Positions 36,601-47,507 of a stretch of DNA of 64,000 nt are shown here, one piece after another. The translations under genes and the position numbers were made by a program. Where the stretch lies: the NCBI RefSeq assembly GCF_028641065.1, contig NC_073386.1, forward strand, positions 22,506,001-22,570,000, read 5' to 3'. Position 1 is the stretch's first letter, and each line of letters begins with the position of its first letter. The notes under the pieces were generated by a model. That model was given only the letters and a program-made list of their open reading frames with translations. It was not told where the DNA came from and did not search any database. The stretch is from Leucoraja erinacea. Lineage: Eukaryota.

Positions 36601-39600
36601 TGATCCGTTGGACAGATGTTTGGGGATTTTTCTTTATTATAGAGAGAATTCTGTCATCAGCTGTGGCGATCTTCCTTGGCCTGCTAGTCCCTTTGCGATT
36701 AGTAAGCTCACCAGTGCTCTTTTTCTTCTTAATGATGTTCCAAACAGTTGATTTTGGTAAGCCTAAGGTTTGGCTGATATCTCTAACAGTTTTATTCTTG
36801 TTTCTCAGTCTCATAATGGCTTCTTTGACTTTCATTGGCACAACTTTGGTTGATAAGCAGCAATAAAAGTTTGCAAAGGTGATGGGAAGACTGGATGAAA
36901 GACTTGGTGCTGAGAGCTCTCTTATACCTGCATCAAGGAGGCAATTAAACACACCTGAGCAATTACAAATACCTGTGAAGCCATGTGTCCCAAACATTAT
37001 GGTGCCCTGAAATGGGGGAACTACGTATAAACACAGCTGTCATTTCTACATGGTGAAACCAAAATGTATAAAAATGGCCTTTAATAAAATCTGACAATGT
37101 ACACTTTAACCACATGTGATAATTTTCTATTGCAAATCTCAAATTGTGGAGTACAGAGGCAAATAAATAAATGAAGGGTCTTTGTCCCAAACATTATGGG
37201 GGGCACTGTAAATTATTTGCTTGTTGAAAACAGGAGCAACTCTTTGGATTCCTCTAATTTGGAAGCATGATTGTTACAGTAGGCAATTGTAGTGTTGTAA
37301 CTTGGTCCATAAAGCTTGCTATGAAAGGATTTGATGATCTCTTGCAGAATGGAGAGGGGTGTGCTTGGCAATGCCCTTCAAGGGGTTCCTGATGCAGATG
37401 ATGAGGATGACGAAGACAATGATGAAGAAGAAACGGCAACAGCTGAAGACCCCAAAATAGAAAGTACGGCAAACATGGATGGTGAGTAACTGCCACTTTT
37501 GTAACAAATTGGGTTGCTTAGAGGTAGCTTCAGATTGGTACTTGACCTAGTTTTCTCTGCTCATTCTATTGAGACCTCCAGATAGTTGACACGGCACAAT
37601 TTTGGAGTTGCAATGTTTTTGTTTCCTTTGGAACAGCTTAATTATGATAATGAGAGGCATAATTTTTTCAATAAAATATTGAATGACTGGTGTAGTTTAG
37701 ACAAAAAACAATTTCCTGTGGCTATTCACCTTATCAAACATAGATTAACCCACATACTATCAATTTTCTGTACTTGTTTATGTATGATCCAATAATATTT
37801 CTATGGCTTTTGACATAAAATTCAGTTTTTAAAAAGAGTGTGTTGGAGAGAACTGCAGATGCTAGTTTAAACTGAGGATGGACACAAACTGGAGTAACTC
37901 GGGGACAGGCAGCATCTCTGGAGAGAAAGAACGGGCGATGTTTCGGGTCGAGACCCTTCTTCAGACGAGACGCACTCCAAATTTGTGGTCAGTTTGGCTT
38001 AAACTGAAACAATGGGACAATTGGCCATTAAAATGGTAATGGAATTATGGGAATATTTTCAGATTTTTACTAGTGATAATGTAGAATTCCATATCTTTGT
38101 TCTTTTTCCTATCCTTGCCAAATTGCATTTGGAATTTAGTCACTTGGTATGATAAGTTTAATGTTGCATTGATTTGAATTTAAATTAAAGTTTTGACTTA
38201 ATTTCTGTTAGATGAACCCGTGCAAAAATGGAGATGGAATTGCCAAGATTGATTACCTATGTCTCCCTTAATTTGACACATCTTTTTAAACCTTTCATTC
38301 TACATAGTTTTTCCCTATTATGCAACTTTTCAATTGTAGCAATATTTTTTTTTAAATCAAAATGACTGCATCATTGATACCAGCATTGGGAACTCCAATT
38401 TTGTATTTTTCCCTTAATGTGTATAGAAAAAGAGAGGGAGGAATTGAGGGAACAGGTGTATGCAGCATTGGCTGAAGAAGAGGATAAGCCAACAGAAACC
38501 AAGATACCAACTGAAAATGTGTCTAGTGATCAGGATGTAGTCCATGAAGAACCAACGAGTCCAGAGAAAACTAAAGTCAACTCTCCTGCAGTAGATTCCT
38601 GTGCAGCTGTAAGTGAAAAGGGGATGGAAACTGAAATATTAGGTGATTGTGATGAAGATGATAAAAATGAACCAATGGATGTAGAAGATTCCCATCAGAA
38701 GAGTGGTGATGGTGCCAAGGAGGATGTGAAGAAAATCCTGGAGGATAAAACCATTACTGGTGAAGAGGTTACTGTACCAGAGGAGGGTGAGAATGTAACT
38801 ACTGATGCATCACTGGAAAGTGTTGGCAAAATTGAACAAGAAGGAAAAATATCTCTTCCCTTGCAAAAAGACATTGAGGATGATCAGGACAAAGCTGAGA
38901 AACCAGCACAAGCAAATCTGATAGATGCTGACAGTGAAGAAAAAGTCTCGGTTGAGAAGATTGATGGTGAACAAGGTGGAAACCCAGGCTGTGAGGAACC
39001 AATAGAAGAGGGTGAAGGTATAATCTAGAGGACAAGGTCTGATTAACAATTTGCAGTTAAATTGGCATAGAACTTCATAAATGCCTGTCTTGGTAGCCAC
39101 TTAATGGGTGCAGGTATCCAAATGCTCAAGGCATTTGGTACATTGTCCACTTGCACTTCACTATGAAAAGCATGCCGGAAAGTGTTTTTAAACTTTTACT
39201 ATTCACTTGGTATAAAACTGGTTTCATGGGAGTTGCAAACTTTGGCACCAATCACTGGTAATATTACCGCAGGTATTATTATTTTTTCCATTAAAAAAAA
39301 CATTTTGTGTAATGCATTGAATCATGATGGAAAAGGGCAATAACAAATAGCTTCAACTGAACATTAATGCACGTTTTAAATTGATTAAAGGCTAAAGATC
39401 ATCTGTGAAGTAATGAAAGATTTACATTTCTGGGGACATTTGCTGAATGGGTTACATAGAAACATAGAAAATAAGTGCAGGAGTAGGCCATTCGGCCCTT
39501 CGAGCCTGCACCGCCATTCAATATGATAATGGCTGATCATCCAACTCGGTATCCTGTACCTGCTTTCTCTCCATCTAACTCCCTCTTAAATATAGCCAAT

Positions 39601-42600
39601 GAACTGGCCTCAACTACATTCTGTGGCAGAGAATTCCAGAGATTCACCACTCTCTGTGTAAAAAATGTTTTTCTCATCTCAGTCCTAAAAGATTTCCCCT
39701 TTATCCTCAAACTGTGACCCCTTTTTCTGGACTTCCCCAACATCGGGAACAATCTTCCTGCATCTAGCCTGTCCAACCCCTTAAGAATTTTGTAAATTTC
39801 TATAAAATCCCCCCTCAATCTTCAAAATTCTAGCGAGTACAAGCCGAGTCTATCCAGTCTTTCTTCATATGAAAGTCCTGCCATCCCAGGAATCAGTCTG
39901 GTGAACCTTCTCTGTACTCCCTCTATGGCAAGAATGTCCTTCCTCAGATTAGGAGACCAAAATTATGCAATACTCCAGGTGTGGTCTCACCAAGACCCTG
40001 TACAGCTGCAGTAGAACCTCCCTGCACCTATACTCAAATCCTTTTGCTATGAATGCTAACATACCATTCACTTTCTTCACTGCCTGCTGCACATAGTTAC
40101 ATAGTTAAGTATCACAATTTTACAAAACGAGTGGATTCAGGATTGGTCAGTAATATTTCCAGTGACTGGTGTGGTACAGGGCACTAACAACATGGTATTT
40201 GGCACTTCAAACTTGGACAAAAATTATGGGTGGTAAACAAAGTCTGGTTATTACATTTAATGTGCACAGTGAGGGGACTTGTGTCTAACCAGCAATACAA
40301 AGTATCAATTTCTATTAGCAACAACATTTTAAATCTACATCCTAACTGTTAAATTCCAGGTACCTGTGCAGCAGATACTAGTGAAGCTGAAGATGATAAT
40401 GTAGACAGTGCGGAAAAGGTAAGTTTGATGCCCTTCCTTCTAACACCAACTAAGATTTTGATCTAGTATTTTTCTGGTAAGCCAACTGTTTATTGCAGGA
40501 TGGCGAAAGTGAAGAGGTTGATAACTTACAGTTGGCCTGGGAAATGCTTGAATTGGCAAAAGTCATCTTCAAAAGGTAAATTTTCAGTATTTGGTACAAT
40601 ATTGAAATGTTAAATTTCTTATTTTAAATGGGAATTGAATACTTGAGTTGGTCAAGTCAGTGCTATCTTGTAATCTCATGACTAGATCTAGGTTTGTTCA
40701 AATTTTTAGACAAGAAGCCAAAGAAATACAACTCTGCGCAGCACAGGCTTATCTCAAACTGGGTGAAGTGGGAATAGAATCTGGTAAGTTGTTGAAAATG
40801 GCAAATACAACTTTTCTGATTGTGTATGGTTTTGGATAAAATAAGTAACGGATCTTTTTCGATTTCAGAGAACTATATACAGGCCATTGAGGATTTTAAT
40901 GAATGTCTGAACATTCAGCAAAAGCACCTTGGTCCACATAACCGACTACTAGCAGAGACCCATTACCAACTGGGGCTGGCATACAGTTTTGATGGTCAAC
41001 ATGATTCTTCTCTCAAACACTTCAAAGAGTCTTTCAGTGTTATAGAGAAAAGATTGTGTGAGTAAAATACCATTTTTTAAAAAAACTAATCCTGTTGTCA
41101 AAGGCAGGTGGGTGAGATTTGAATGCCATCCTGTATGGATTACTGTGTTGCTACCTTGGTGAGGTGAATGCAATGGACTGGCTGCCACTTGTTTGGAATC
41201 AGCTTGACTGTTTGAACACTGTTGACATTTTGATATATCAGAATAATAGGAATGAAGGAATTGTGTGGAAAGATAAGAAACTAAAATTAGATTATGATTC
41301 AATTGTTCTATAATTTGAATTTGAGATGTTGTTTGAAATTTATATTAAGTGGGAAATGGGCTTGACTTGCTCTTTTAAAGATTTTTTGGTATGAATCCAA
41401 ACTTGACTGAGATTGTTCAAATTTGAAGCTTAGTTACCGTGAAAGAAAATATGAAGAGAAAATATTAAGGACAATAGACAAGGGGTATTTGAAGTTTGAT
41501 CCAGGAAGATTCTGGAGCCTTCAGCTTTGAACAATATAGGCATGGATAGTGTTTGACAGGAAGTCTGGGTGTAATTTGCATGAAAATCATGCTCGGTTGC
41601 CTGTTGTAGTCTGGTTTGGAATAGTGTTCCAAGTTCACTGAATAGAAAATAGATAAAGGGTAGGAATGGAAAATCTGAACGATTTAAAAGTGAGACAAAT
41701 TGTAGATATCTTGATACCTTTGCATACAAGTTAAAGTTCTACATTATGATTGGGGAAAGGCAAATAGTAAAATAAAAGGATTAGGCAAGTTTTTTTATGT
41801 GTCAGTTTCGGTTTGGTTTGGACATGTAGCAAATAAAACGGACCCTTTAATCCACACTGACCATTGATCACCTGTTCACATTAATTGTTATCACACTTTC
41901 TCATATGCTCAAGATTCAAGAGTTTATTGTCAGGCTCTCTACATTTATGGCAATTTTAGAAGCTAATTAACCTACAAACAGCACATCTTTGGGATGAGGA
42001 AACTTGGAGGTAAATCACATGTCGCAAGGAATTTGTAAACTCCTCGCAGACTCTGCTAGAACGAGTATATACAGTTTTGGTTCTGGATACAAGATGGGTA
42101 CATTGGATGTTTAGGGATGAAATTGCCCTGTTGAGAGAACAGTCCACGCCCTCAACTGTCCATGGGCTCAAGGACAGTCCGAGGAGGCCTCCAGCTCGAT
42201 CGATGTTTGGCTGCTGAGCGATCGGAGAATGCGATCCGGAAAATAATCGCATCTCCGGCAAGGTAAGAAACTGAAAAGTTTCCCCCAACCCCCTCCCCCC
42301 ACATAAAACAAGCCAGAGAACATTTACACAGACTTTTAAAACACACTAAAAACATTTTTAAAAAGACGGAAAAGCATACAAACTATTGGCGGGGCTGCCA
42401 ATTGTTCGGTGCCCCTTGATGAGAGTATTGTGGATGGCGGGTGTTGAGTGCTCAGATTTCTGATAGGGGAGATGCACTGAGGCAGATAGCAACAGGCTGA
42501 ATAGCAGAGACACTGCCTGACCTGAGTTATTCCAGCACTTTGTATCACATTTGGGACAGAAAAGTTGAGTTGGTGTAAAGTTTTGGCCTAATAAGTTTAG

Positions 42601-45600
42601 GAGCTTAATATTGGTGTATTTATAGCTATCAATCATTCAAAATTGAGAAGTTCTATTGATAAGATTTTTTACTCTGTCTGCAGCTATGTTAATGGAAAGG
42701 ATTGAAAAAGCAGAAGAGAAGGGCAAATCTCCAGCAAAAGATAATGATGCAGTTTCTGAAGATAAGCAAGAAATTGAAGAACTTAAAGAACTATTGCCAG
42801 AAATAAAGGCAAAAATTGAGGATGCAGAAGAATCCAAGGATGGAAAAGCAACCAAAGCTTTTCAGGAAACTTTGGTCAGTGTATGTTAATTAACTAGTAG
42901 GGCCTTCAAGATTGATGATTTGAAGCTTTTCAAAGGCTCGTTCTTCAGATTAAATGTTCCAGTGAGGGTGGGTGTTGCAAGTGTCACAAGCCAATTAATT
43001 TTTGATTCAAAGATGAGCATATTTGGTAACACGATTATCCAGAGTGTAGAGAGTAGCTTGTATTCCAATTGGTCTGTGATCTTTGCACTTCAATCTTCTC
43101 TCATTCTGTTTTCTTCCTAAAGCAAATCTTGCTTTTCTTGAACAACTTGTACTTAACTATGCGTGTAAGCATCTGAACTATTTGTTTCACTCACTGGAAT
43201 TTTAAATACATTTTCCATCATTGTATATGGTACTCTGGTGTTACAACCTGGATTCTCTCAAATTAAAAATGTGTTCATTTTCTACCTTTGTATTTGAACA
43301 ATCTGCAGGATCTTATTTTGTTCAAGGAACATTGCTGCCATCTTTATGGTTGGCAACCAAACTCTACATGGTTCTTGGATGTGTTCTCTGCATAAGAATC
43401 CTGCAGACTCCATAAAGGGGCAAGACAAGTGGATTGATGCAGCAAGCTTTAATTCAGGGCATTGAGTACAAAAGTCAGGAAGTCATGTTGTAGCTGTACA
43501 AAACCTTGATTAGGCTGCATTTAGAATATGTATACAGTTTTGGTTACCACATTATAGGAAGCATTGGAGAGGTTAATCTGGATGTTTCCTGGATTAGAGG
43601 GTATTGACTTAAATGAGGATGGACAAACTTTAGTGTTTATGGATGCCGGAGGCTTGGGGGCAACTAAATGTATAAAATTGAGATTTGGCTACTGTAGGTG
43701 ATCCATTTTTTCCCCTAAGCTGGAAATGCCAAATGCTGGAGGTCATAGCTTTAAGGCGAGAAGGAAAGTTTGAAAGACAAGTATTTTCAGTGTTAGTTGC
43801 CCGGAATGTGCTGCTAGGGGATGCAATCCATCATCAACATAACATTCAACAGGCATCTAGACATGTTAATAGGGTATAGAGATCTGGATAATGTACAGTT
43901 TAGGCATAGTTGGCACTGATATGGACTGCAGGGCCTGTTTTGCTCAACATTTAAACAACTTTATTTAGACCTTTGCCAGGTAATCCTTGCAATATCATGT
44001 ACATTTGTTTAACCATTTTGCCTATGTCCCAATAGTACTTTGACTTCATACTCTGCTTTTTGTTTCTAGTGTATTTATTTAATACCATTTGCTCATAAAT
44101 TGTAGATATTGCATTTTCTCTTGAACCATACCTTGGTTCACTATTTTAGTTCAGAACACTTGGTTTCATAAGATAAGAGATGGGAGTAGAATTAGACCAT
44201 TCGGACCATCAAGTCTACTCTGTCATTCCATCACGGCTGGTCTATCTCTCCCTCCTAACCCCATTCTGCTGCCTTCTCCCCTTAACCTCTAACACCTGCT
44301 TTTTGAAGACAGAACATGACTAACAGTGCTATAGCATCTAAATGTTATAACTGATCGTCACTAGAAATGTGCAATGCTTTAGGTTCGGTTCTGTTATTAA
44401 TTGCCTGAATTTTTGTAGGTACTGACTGGAAAAACTGATGAAACTCCTGCCTCAAGCTCAAGTTCTGTATCTAACATCTCTCATTTAGTAAGGAAAAAGG
44501 TAAGTTTATTCTTTGAACTAGTCTGTTTGGATTTGGGGCGACTTTGCTGTGCCTTGGTTTGTGTTATATGAACTGTGGAAACTAACACTAAGTTATCTGA
44601 GAATTAGAGCTGGGTCAGCCAGTTTGATCAGTTAAATATTCACCAATTAGTTTTCAAAGGTTCTTCAGGAGGGTTTGTCAATGAGTATGGGGGAGGAGTG
44701 CAGTTTCTTGCCATTAAAAAAAAAAAAAGCAGTTCTTTAACCTTTATAATGCATTTGTTCATTTTATGCGAGTGCAAATTGTGCTAATAAGTTTAAGATT
44801 CTGATTCCATTTGAACTGTTATCAAGTCGGGATCATTGCTCAACGTTTGGCAGGGAAGATTCATTCCTGCTGAGGTAAGCCAAGAGTTCTTTCAGTTCCA
44901 TAAAGGTGGCTTTGAAGAATTGATTTTTCTGTGAGCTCAACTGGTTAGTAGGATGAAATGGAATTGTTACTAGTACTTAAATGATTGGATGGTTCTGATT
45001 TATATAGATATACATGGACAATAGGAGCAGGAATAGGCCATTTGGCTCCTCGAGCAAGCACCGCCATTCAATGTGATCATGGCTGATTATCCACAATTGC
45101 CCTGTCCCTGCCTTCGGCCCATATCCCTTGATTCTGCTAGCCCTAAGAGCTCTATCTAACTTTCTTTTGAATGCATCCAGTGAATCGGCCTCCACTGCCT
45201 TCTGTGGCAGTGATTTCCATAAATTCACAACTTTTTATACCTTAAGGTTTCAAGGCCAGATTATTGTCGCATGTACCAATTAAGGTGCAGTGAAATTTGA
45301 TTTACCATGCAGCCATACTAAGTGAAAAGCAACAAGACACACTAACACATAAAGTTAACATAAACATCACATTCACATTCCTCACTATGATGGAAGGCAA
45401 TAAAGTTCAATCTTCTTCCTCTTTGTTCTCCCGCGGTCGGGGCGATCAAAGCCTCCGCAGCCGACGATTGAAGCCCCGTCGGGGTGATCGAAACTCTCGC
45501 TTCGGGGCAGTTGAAACTCTCCGTGGCATAGAGCTGCCGAATCGGCCTCTTCTTACCAGAGACCGCAGGCTTCACGATGTTAAAGTCCACAGACCCCGCG

Positions 45601-47402
45601 GTTGGAGCTTCGATCCCCGGCAAAGGGATCACAAGGTCCGCGATGTTAAAGTTCACAAACCCCCGTGCCCGGAGCGCCGGGTCTGTCTCCAGCAGAGGCC
45701 GCCAACTCCACAATGTTAGGCCGCAGTGGGGACAGAGATATGAAAAAAAAAATCACATCTCCGTCAAGGTAAGAGATTGAAAAAATGTTTCCTCCAACCC
45801 CCACATCAAACAAACCAAGAAACAATAAAGCATACTTTTAACACGTACTAAAAATAACAAAAAAAGGACAGACAGATTGTTGGCGCCACCTGGTGTTCTT
45901 CCCAATTTAACATTTTCCATACTATCACAAATAGTGTATGAAATTGCTCAAAATAAATATTTGACAGAAGCTAACTGAATGGTAGCATGGTTAACTTTTG
46001 AAATTGTAGACCTTTTCTTTGATGTGTATAAAATTTGGAAAGCCATGGTACTGACAAATGCAAAAAAAAAGTTTTTCTTTTATTCATCTTGGAAAAACAG
46101 AAAACTAGGTGTAGGCGCCTATTCGGTCCTTCGATGACCATTCAATATGATTATAGCTGATCATCTGAAATCACTACCCCGTTCCTGCTGCTTCCCCATT
46201 TCCCTTGATTCCTTTAGCGCTAAGAGCTAAATCTAACTCTTGAAATCTTCAATCACATTTTGTATTATTGATGTGCATAGCATGTTTAAGTAAAAAGTAT
46301 TTAAAATTTTAAAGTCCTCATTACAGAGGAAACCAGAAGACAATGAGAGGGACAATAAGGACCCTAAAAAAGCCAAGCAAGAGGAGTCTTCTGTGAATGG
46401 TGGATGTGGTGATGCAGCCCACAATAGGAATGGAGTTCCTGAGAAAATGGAAGTGAGTTATTTTGTATCCATTTGGTTTCCAAACTATCTTCACTTTCTC
46501 ATAAAATCCACTGAATGTAATTGAAAAGATGTTTGCTGTCCATAAATTGATTGCCTTGCAAATTCTTTCATTTTGTGATTAAGATCTAATCTGAAAATCA
46601 ACCATTTTCAAAACAAATATTGGCCAAGACAAAACAACTTTACTCGTGTGAAACAATGATGCACTGGGTCTTAAATTTAAGTCTTTATCTCAAAGATGGT
46701 ACAGTCACAATGTGTTTTACTGGGGGGGGGTTACGTGCTTAAAACGGCAATTAAACATATGACAATGCTGTCATCAGCAAATTCTGAAAATCCAGGCACA
46801 TAAATCAGGCTTTGGTATTAAAAGAACAAATCCATTATTTCAAAAACACAAAAAAAACATAAAATGTGAGGTGCTTGTATCTGACAGTACTACAGTGGCA
46901 GAATTTGTAGCAGGAATGTGAATCAAAAGCACAACTGCTACTCCTACAAGCTACATAAAATATTGAACCATCGTATATTTAACAAGAAATTGGTCTTTTA
47001 ATTGAAGTTCCTGGAATTCTGCTGGAGAATTGATAGTGCCCTTCACTAAAATGGATCTGAAAGGTGCATGTATTCTAAATGGAAAAGATCCTTGCACCCC
47101 ATAGCATTTTTCTTTCCACGCGAGTCACTTGTGTACACCAAGGAAAAGGGGAATTTGGCCTTTGATTCTCGATTAATCAATGTCATGGCAAGTACAAACT
47201 TTTTATTTTAAAGTGGAAAATGGGATATGTAATAGGCAATTACAGTTAGATTAGCAATAGTTTGTAAACTGTTAAAACATGTGAAGCTTGTGCGATCTCA
47301 ATCTAGTGCAAAATAGTTAACTGCTTTTTCTCTCCCCTTTTTCAGTCTGAAGAAATTACTTCCCCAAAGAAATCTGATCCAGAAGCTCAGAGTACTAGTT
47401 AA
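27325..47402 (+). CDS. NASP: Nuclear autoantigenic sperm protein (histone H3/H4/H1 chaperone, SHNi-TPR), 13 coding exons, 608 aa long form
   Basis: join(27325-27380,34770-34880,35210-35290,37348-37481,38427-39017,40360-40418,40499-40575,40710-40783,40869-41057,42684-42874,44419-44499,46327-46452,47346-47402) = 1827 nt in frame; motifs [90 protein letters not shown]. The AKR1A1-NASP order matches human. Confidence 0.94.
27570..27748. mobile_element. Foldback Penelope pLTR with intact hammerhead-like core on - (27642-27669)
   Basis: gctggagtaacacagcggggcaggcagc ... gctgcctgtcccgctgagttactccag inverted arms around the reverse complement of CTGAAGA-AGGGTCTCGACCC-GAAAC-GTC. Confidence 0.65.
29321..29450 (+). 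mobile_element. Short Penelope pLTR insertion, hammerhead-like core 29325-29352
   Basis: CTGAAGA-AAGGTCTCGACCC-GAAAT-GTC followed by the shared pLTR 3' sequence. Confidence 0.6.
29590..29850 (+). mobile_element. HE1-like tRNA-derived SINE
   Basis: ggcagcacagtggtgcagctggtag head and gtggagtttgcatgttctccctgtgac core. Confidence 0.7.
30560..32020 (-). mobile_element. Old Penelope-like element, interrupted by a CR1 tail (~30985-31185) and a MITE
   Basis: ORF 31622-32023 begins LNCLPFLDL (PLE RT C-terminal motif); degenerate GIY-YIG/3' sequence at 30720-30970 resembles 21720-22060. Confidence 0.5.
31293..31604. mobile_element. Harbinger-type MITE (TTA TSD)
   Basis: gccctgtcccactgtacgagttcattcaa ... 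ttgaatgaactcgtatagtgggacagggc; tta at 31290-31292 and 31605-31607. Confidence 0.7.
32040..33970 (-). mobile_element. Old degenerate CR1-type LINE
   Basis: ORF fragments [39 protein letters not shown] and [10 protein letters not shown] are collinear CR1 ORF2 motifs. Confidence 0.7.
34156..34279 (+). mobile_element. 124-bp Penelope pLTR insertion with intact minimal hammerhead core (34159-34186)
   Basis: 14-bp TSD tctgtttaaatcaa (34142-34155, 34280-34293); CTGAAGA-A-GGGT-TTCG-GCCC-GAAAC-GTT. Confidence 0.75.
34770..34880 (+). CDS. NASP: NASP exon 2 ([37 protein letters not shown]), TPR1
   Basis: ttatag| acceptor, TT|gtaagt donor, 111 nt. Confidence 0.92.
35210..35290 (+). CDS. NASP: NASP exon 3 ([27 protein letters not shown])
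   Basis: aatag| acceptor, AG|gttggt donor, 81 nt. Confidence 0.92.
35568..37208 (-). mobile_element. Tc1-family DNA transposon, near full length, inactivated
   Basis: TIR ca(g/t)tgccctccataatgtttgggacaaagac mirrored at 37175-37208 followed by TA; transposase pieces [11 protein letters not shown]...[11 protein letters not shown] (paired-like HTH) and [11 protein letters not shown]. Confidence 0.9.
37348..37481 (+). CDS. NASP: NASP exon 4 ([21 protein letters not shown]...ANMD)
   Basis: ttgcag| acceptor, G|gtgagt donor, 134 nt; start of the acidic tract. Confidence 0.92.
37845..37966 (-). mobile_element. Short Penelope pLTR, hammerhead-like core 37937-37964
   Basis: Reverse complement reads CTGAAGA-AGGGTCTCGACCC-GAAAC-ATC. 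Confidence 0.65.
38427..39017 (+). CDS. NASP: NASP exon 5, large acidic tNASP-type cassette exon ([15 protein letters not shown]...EEGE)
   Basis: ORF 38417-39028; gtatag| acceptor, AAG|gtataa donor (an alternative GT lies 6 nt upstream); 591 nt, phase 1-1. Confidence 0.88.
39455..40095 (-). mobile_element. CR1/HER1-type LINE 3' end
   Basis: ORF 39537-39818 [25 protein letters not shown]...[15 protein letters not shown] plus tail. Confidence 0.85.
40360..40418 (+). CDS. NASP: NASP exon 6 ([20 protein letters not shown])
   Basis: ttccag| acceptor, AAG|gtaagt donor, 59 nt; bridges phase 1 to phase 0. Confidence 0.85.
40499..40575 (+). CDS. NASP: NASP exon 7 ([26 protein letters not shown])
   Basis: ttgcag| acceptor, AG|gtaaat donor, 77 nt. 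Confidence 0.93.
40710..40783 (+). CDS. NASP: NASP exon 8 ([24 protein letters not shown])
   Basis: ttttag| acceptor, G|gtaagt donor, 74 nt. Confidence 0.93.
40869..41057 (+). CDS. NASP: NASP exon 9 ([10 protein letters not shown]...[14 protein letters not shown]...IEKRL)
   Basis: tttcag| acceptor, T|gtgagt donor, 189 nt; SHNi-TPR repeats. Confidence 0.93.
42684..42874 (+). CDS. NASP: NASP exon 10 ([11 protein letters not shown]...[22 protein letters not shown]...ETL)
   Basis: ctgcag| acceptor, TTG|gtcagt donor, 191 nt. Confidence 0.92.
44419..44499 (+). CDS. NASP: NASP exon 11 ([27 protein letters not shown])
   Basis: ttgtag| acceptor, AAG|gtaagt donor, 81 nt; start of the NLS. Confidence 0.9.
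45005..45230 (-). mobile_element. CR1-type 3' tail
   Basis: ORF 44977-45228 [25 protein letters not shown] plus tail. Confidence 0.75.
45245..45895 (-). repeat. Unclassified interspersed repeat, related copy at ~42090-42420
   Basis: Shared aaaataatcgcatctccg(g/t)caaggtaaga...acataaaacaa...ctaaaaa...ttggcg segment in both copies; CpG-rich internal part with a short duplicated cgatgttaaagt motif. Confidence 0.5.
46327..46452 (+). CDS. NASP: NASP exon 12 ([26 protein letters not shown]...EKME)
   Basis: ttacag| acceptor, GAA|gtgagt donor, 126 nt; bipartite NLS. Confidence 0.9.
47346..47402 (+). CDS. NASP: NASP last coding exon ([18 protein letters not shown])
   Basis: Long pyrimidine tract and ttcag| acceptor; TAA at 47400-47402; AATAAA 100 nt downstream. 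Confidence 0.8.
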   Translation, partial: SEEITSPKKSDPEAQSTS

Positions 47403-47501
47403 TATTTAGATGGCTGTCATACTCTACCACATGACTGTTTTTGTATATAATGTATTTTTTGATTGGCTTTTGGAACTTTTTGTAACATTGTGGAAATATT
47501 C

Positions 47502-47507
47502 AATAAA
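47502..47507 (+). terminator. NASP polyadenylation signal
   Basis: AATAAA after a U-rich 3' UTR and followed by GU/U-rich sequence. Confidence 0.6.

Noticed and set aside
42931-42950. aaaggctcgttcttcag resembling a histone 3' stem-loop inside a histone-chaperone gene
   Set aside because: The 3' arm (GAGCC) is absent, so the stem cannot form.
42912-43180. Possible C/D snoRNA (TGATGA at ~42913)
   Set aside because: No CTGA D box at a suitable distance and no terminal stem.
45297-45780. 140-aa and 123-aa ORFs in NASP intron 11
   Set aside because: They lie within an interspersed repeat with a related copy at ~42090-42420; no coding motifs.
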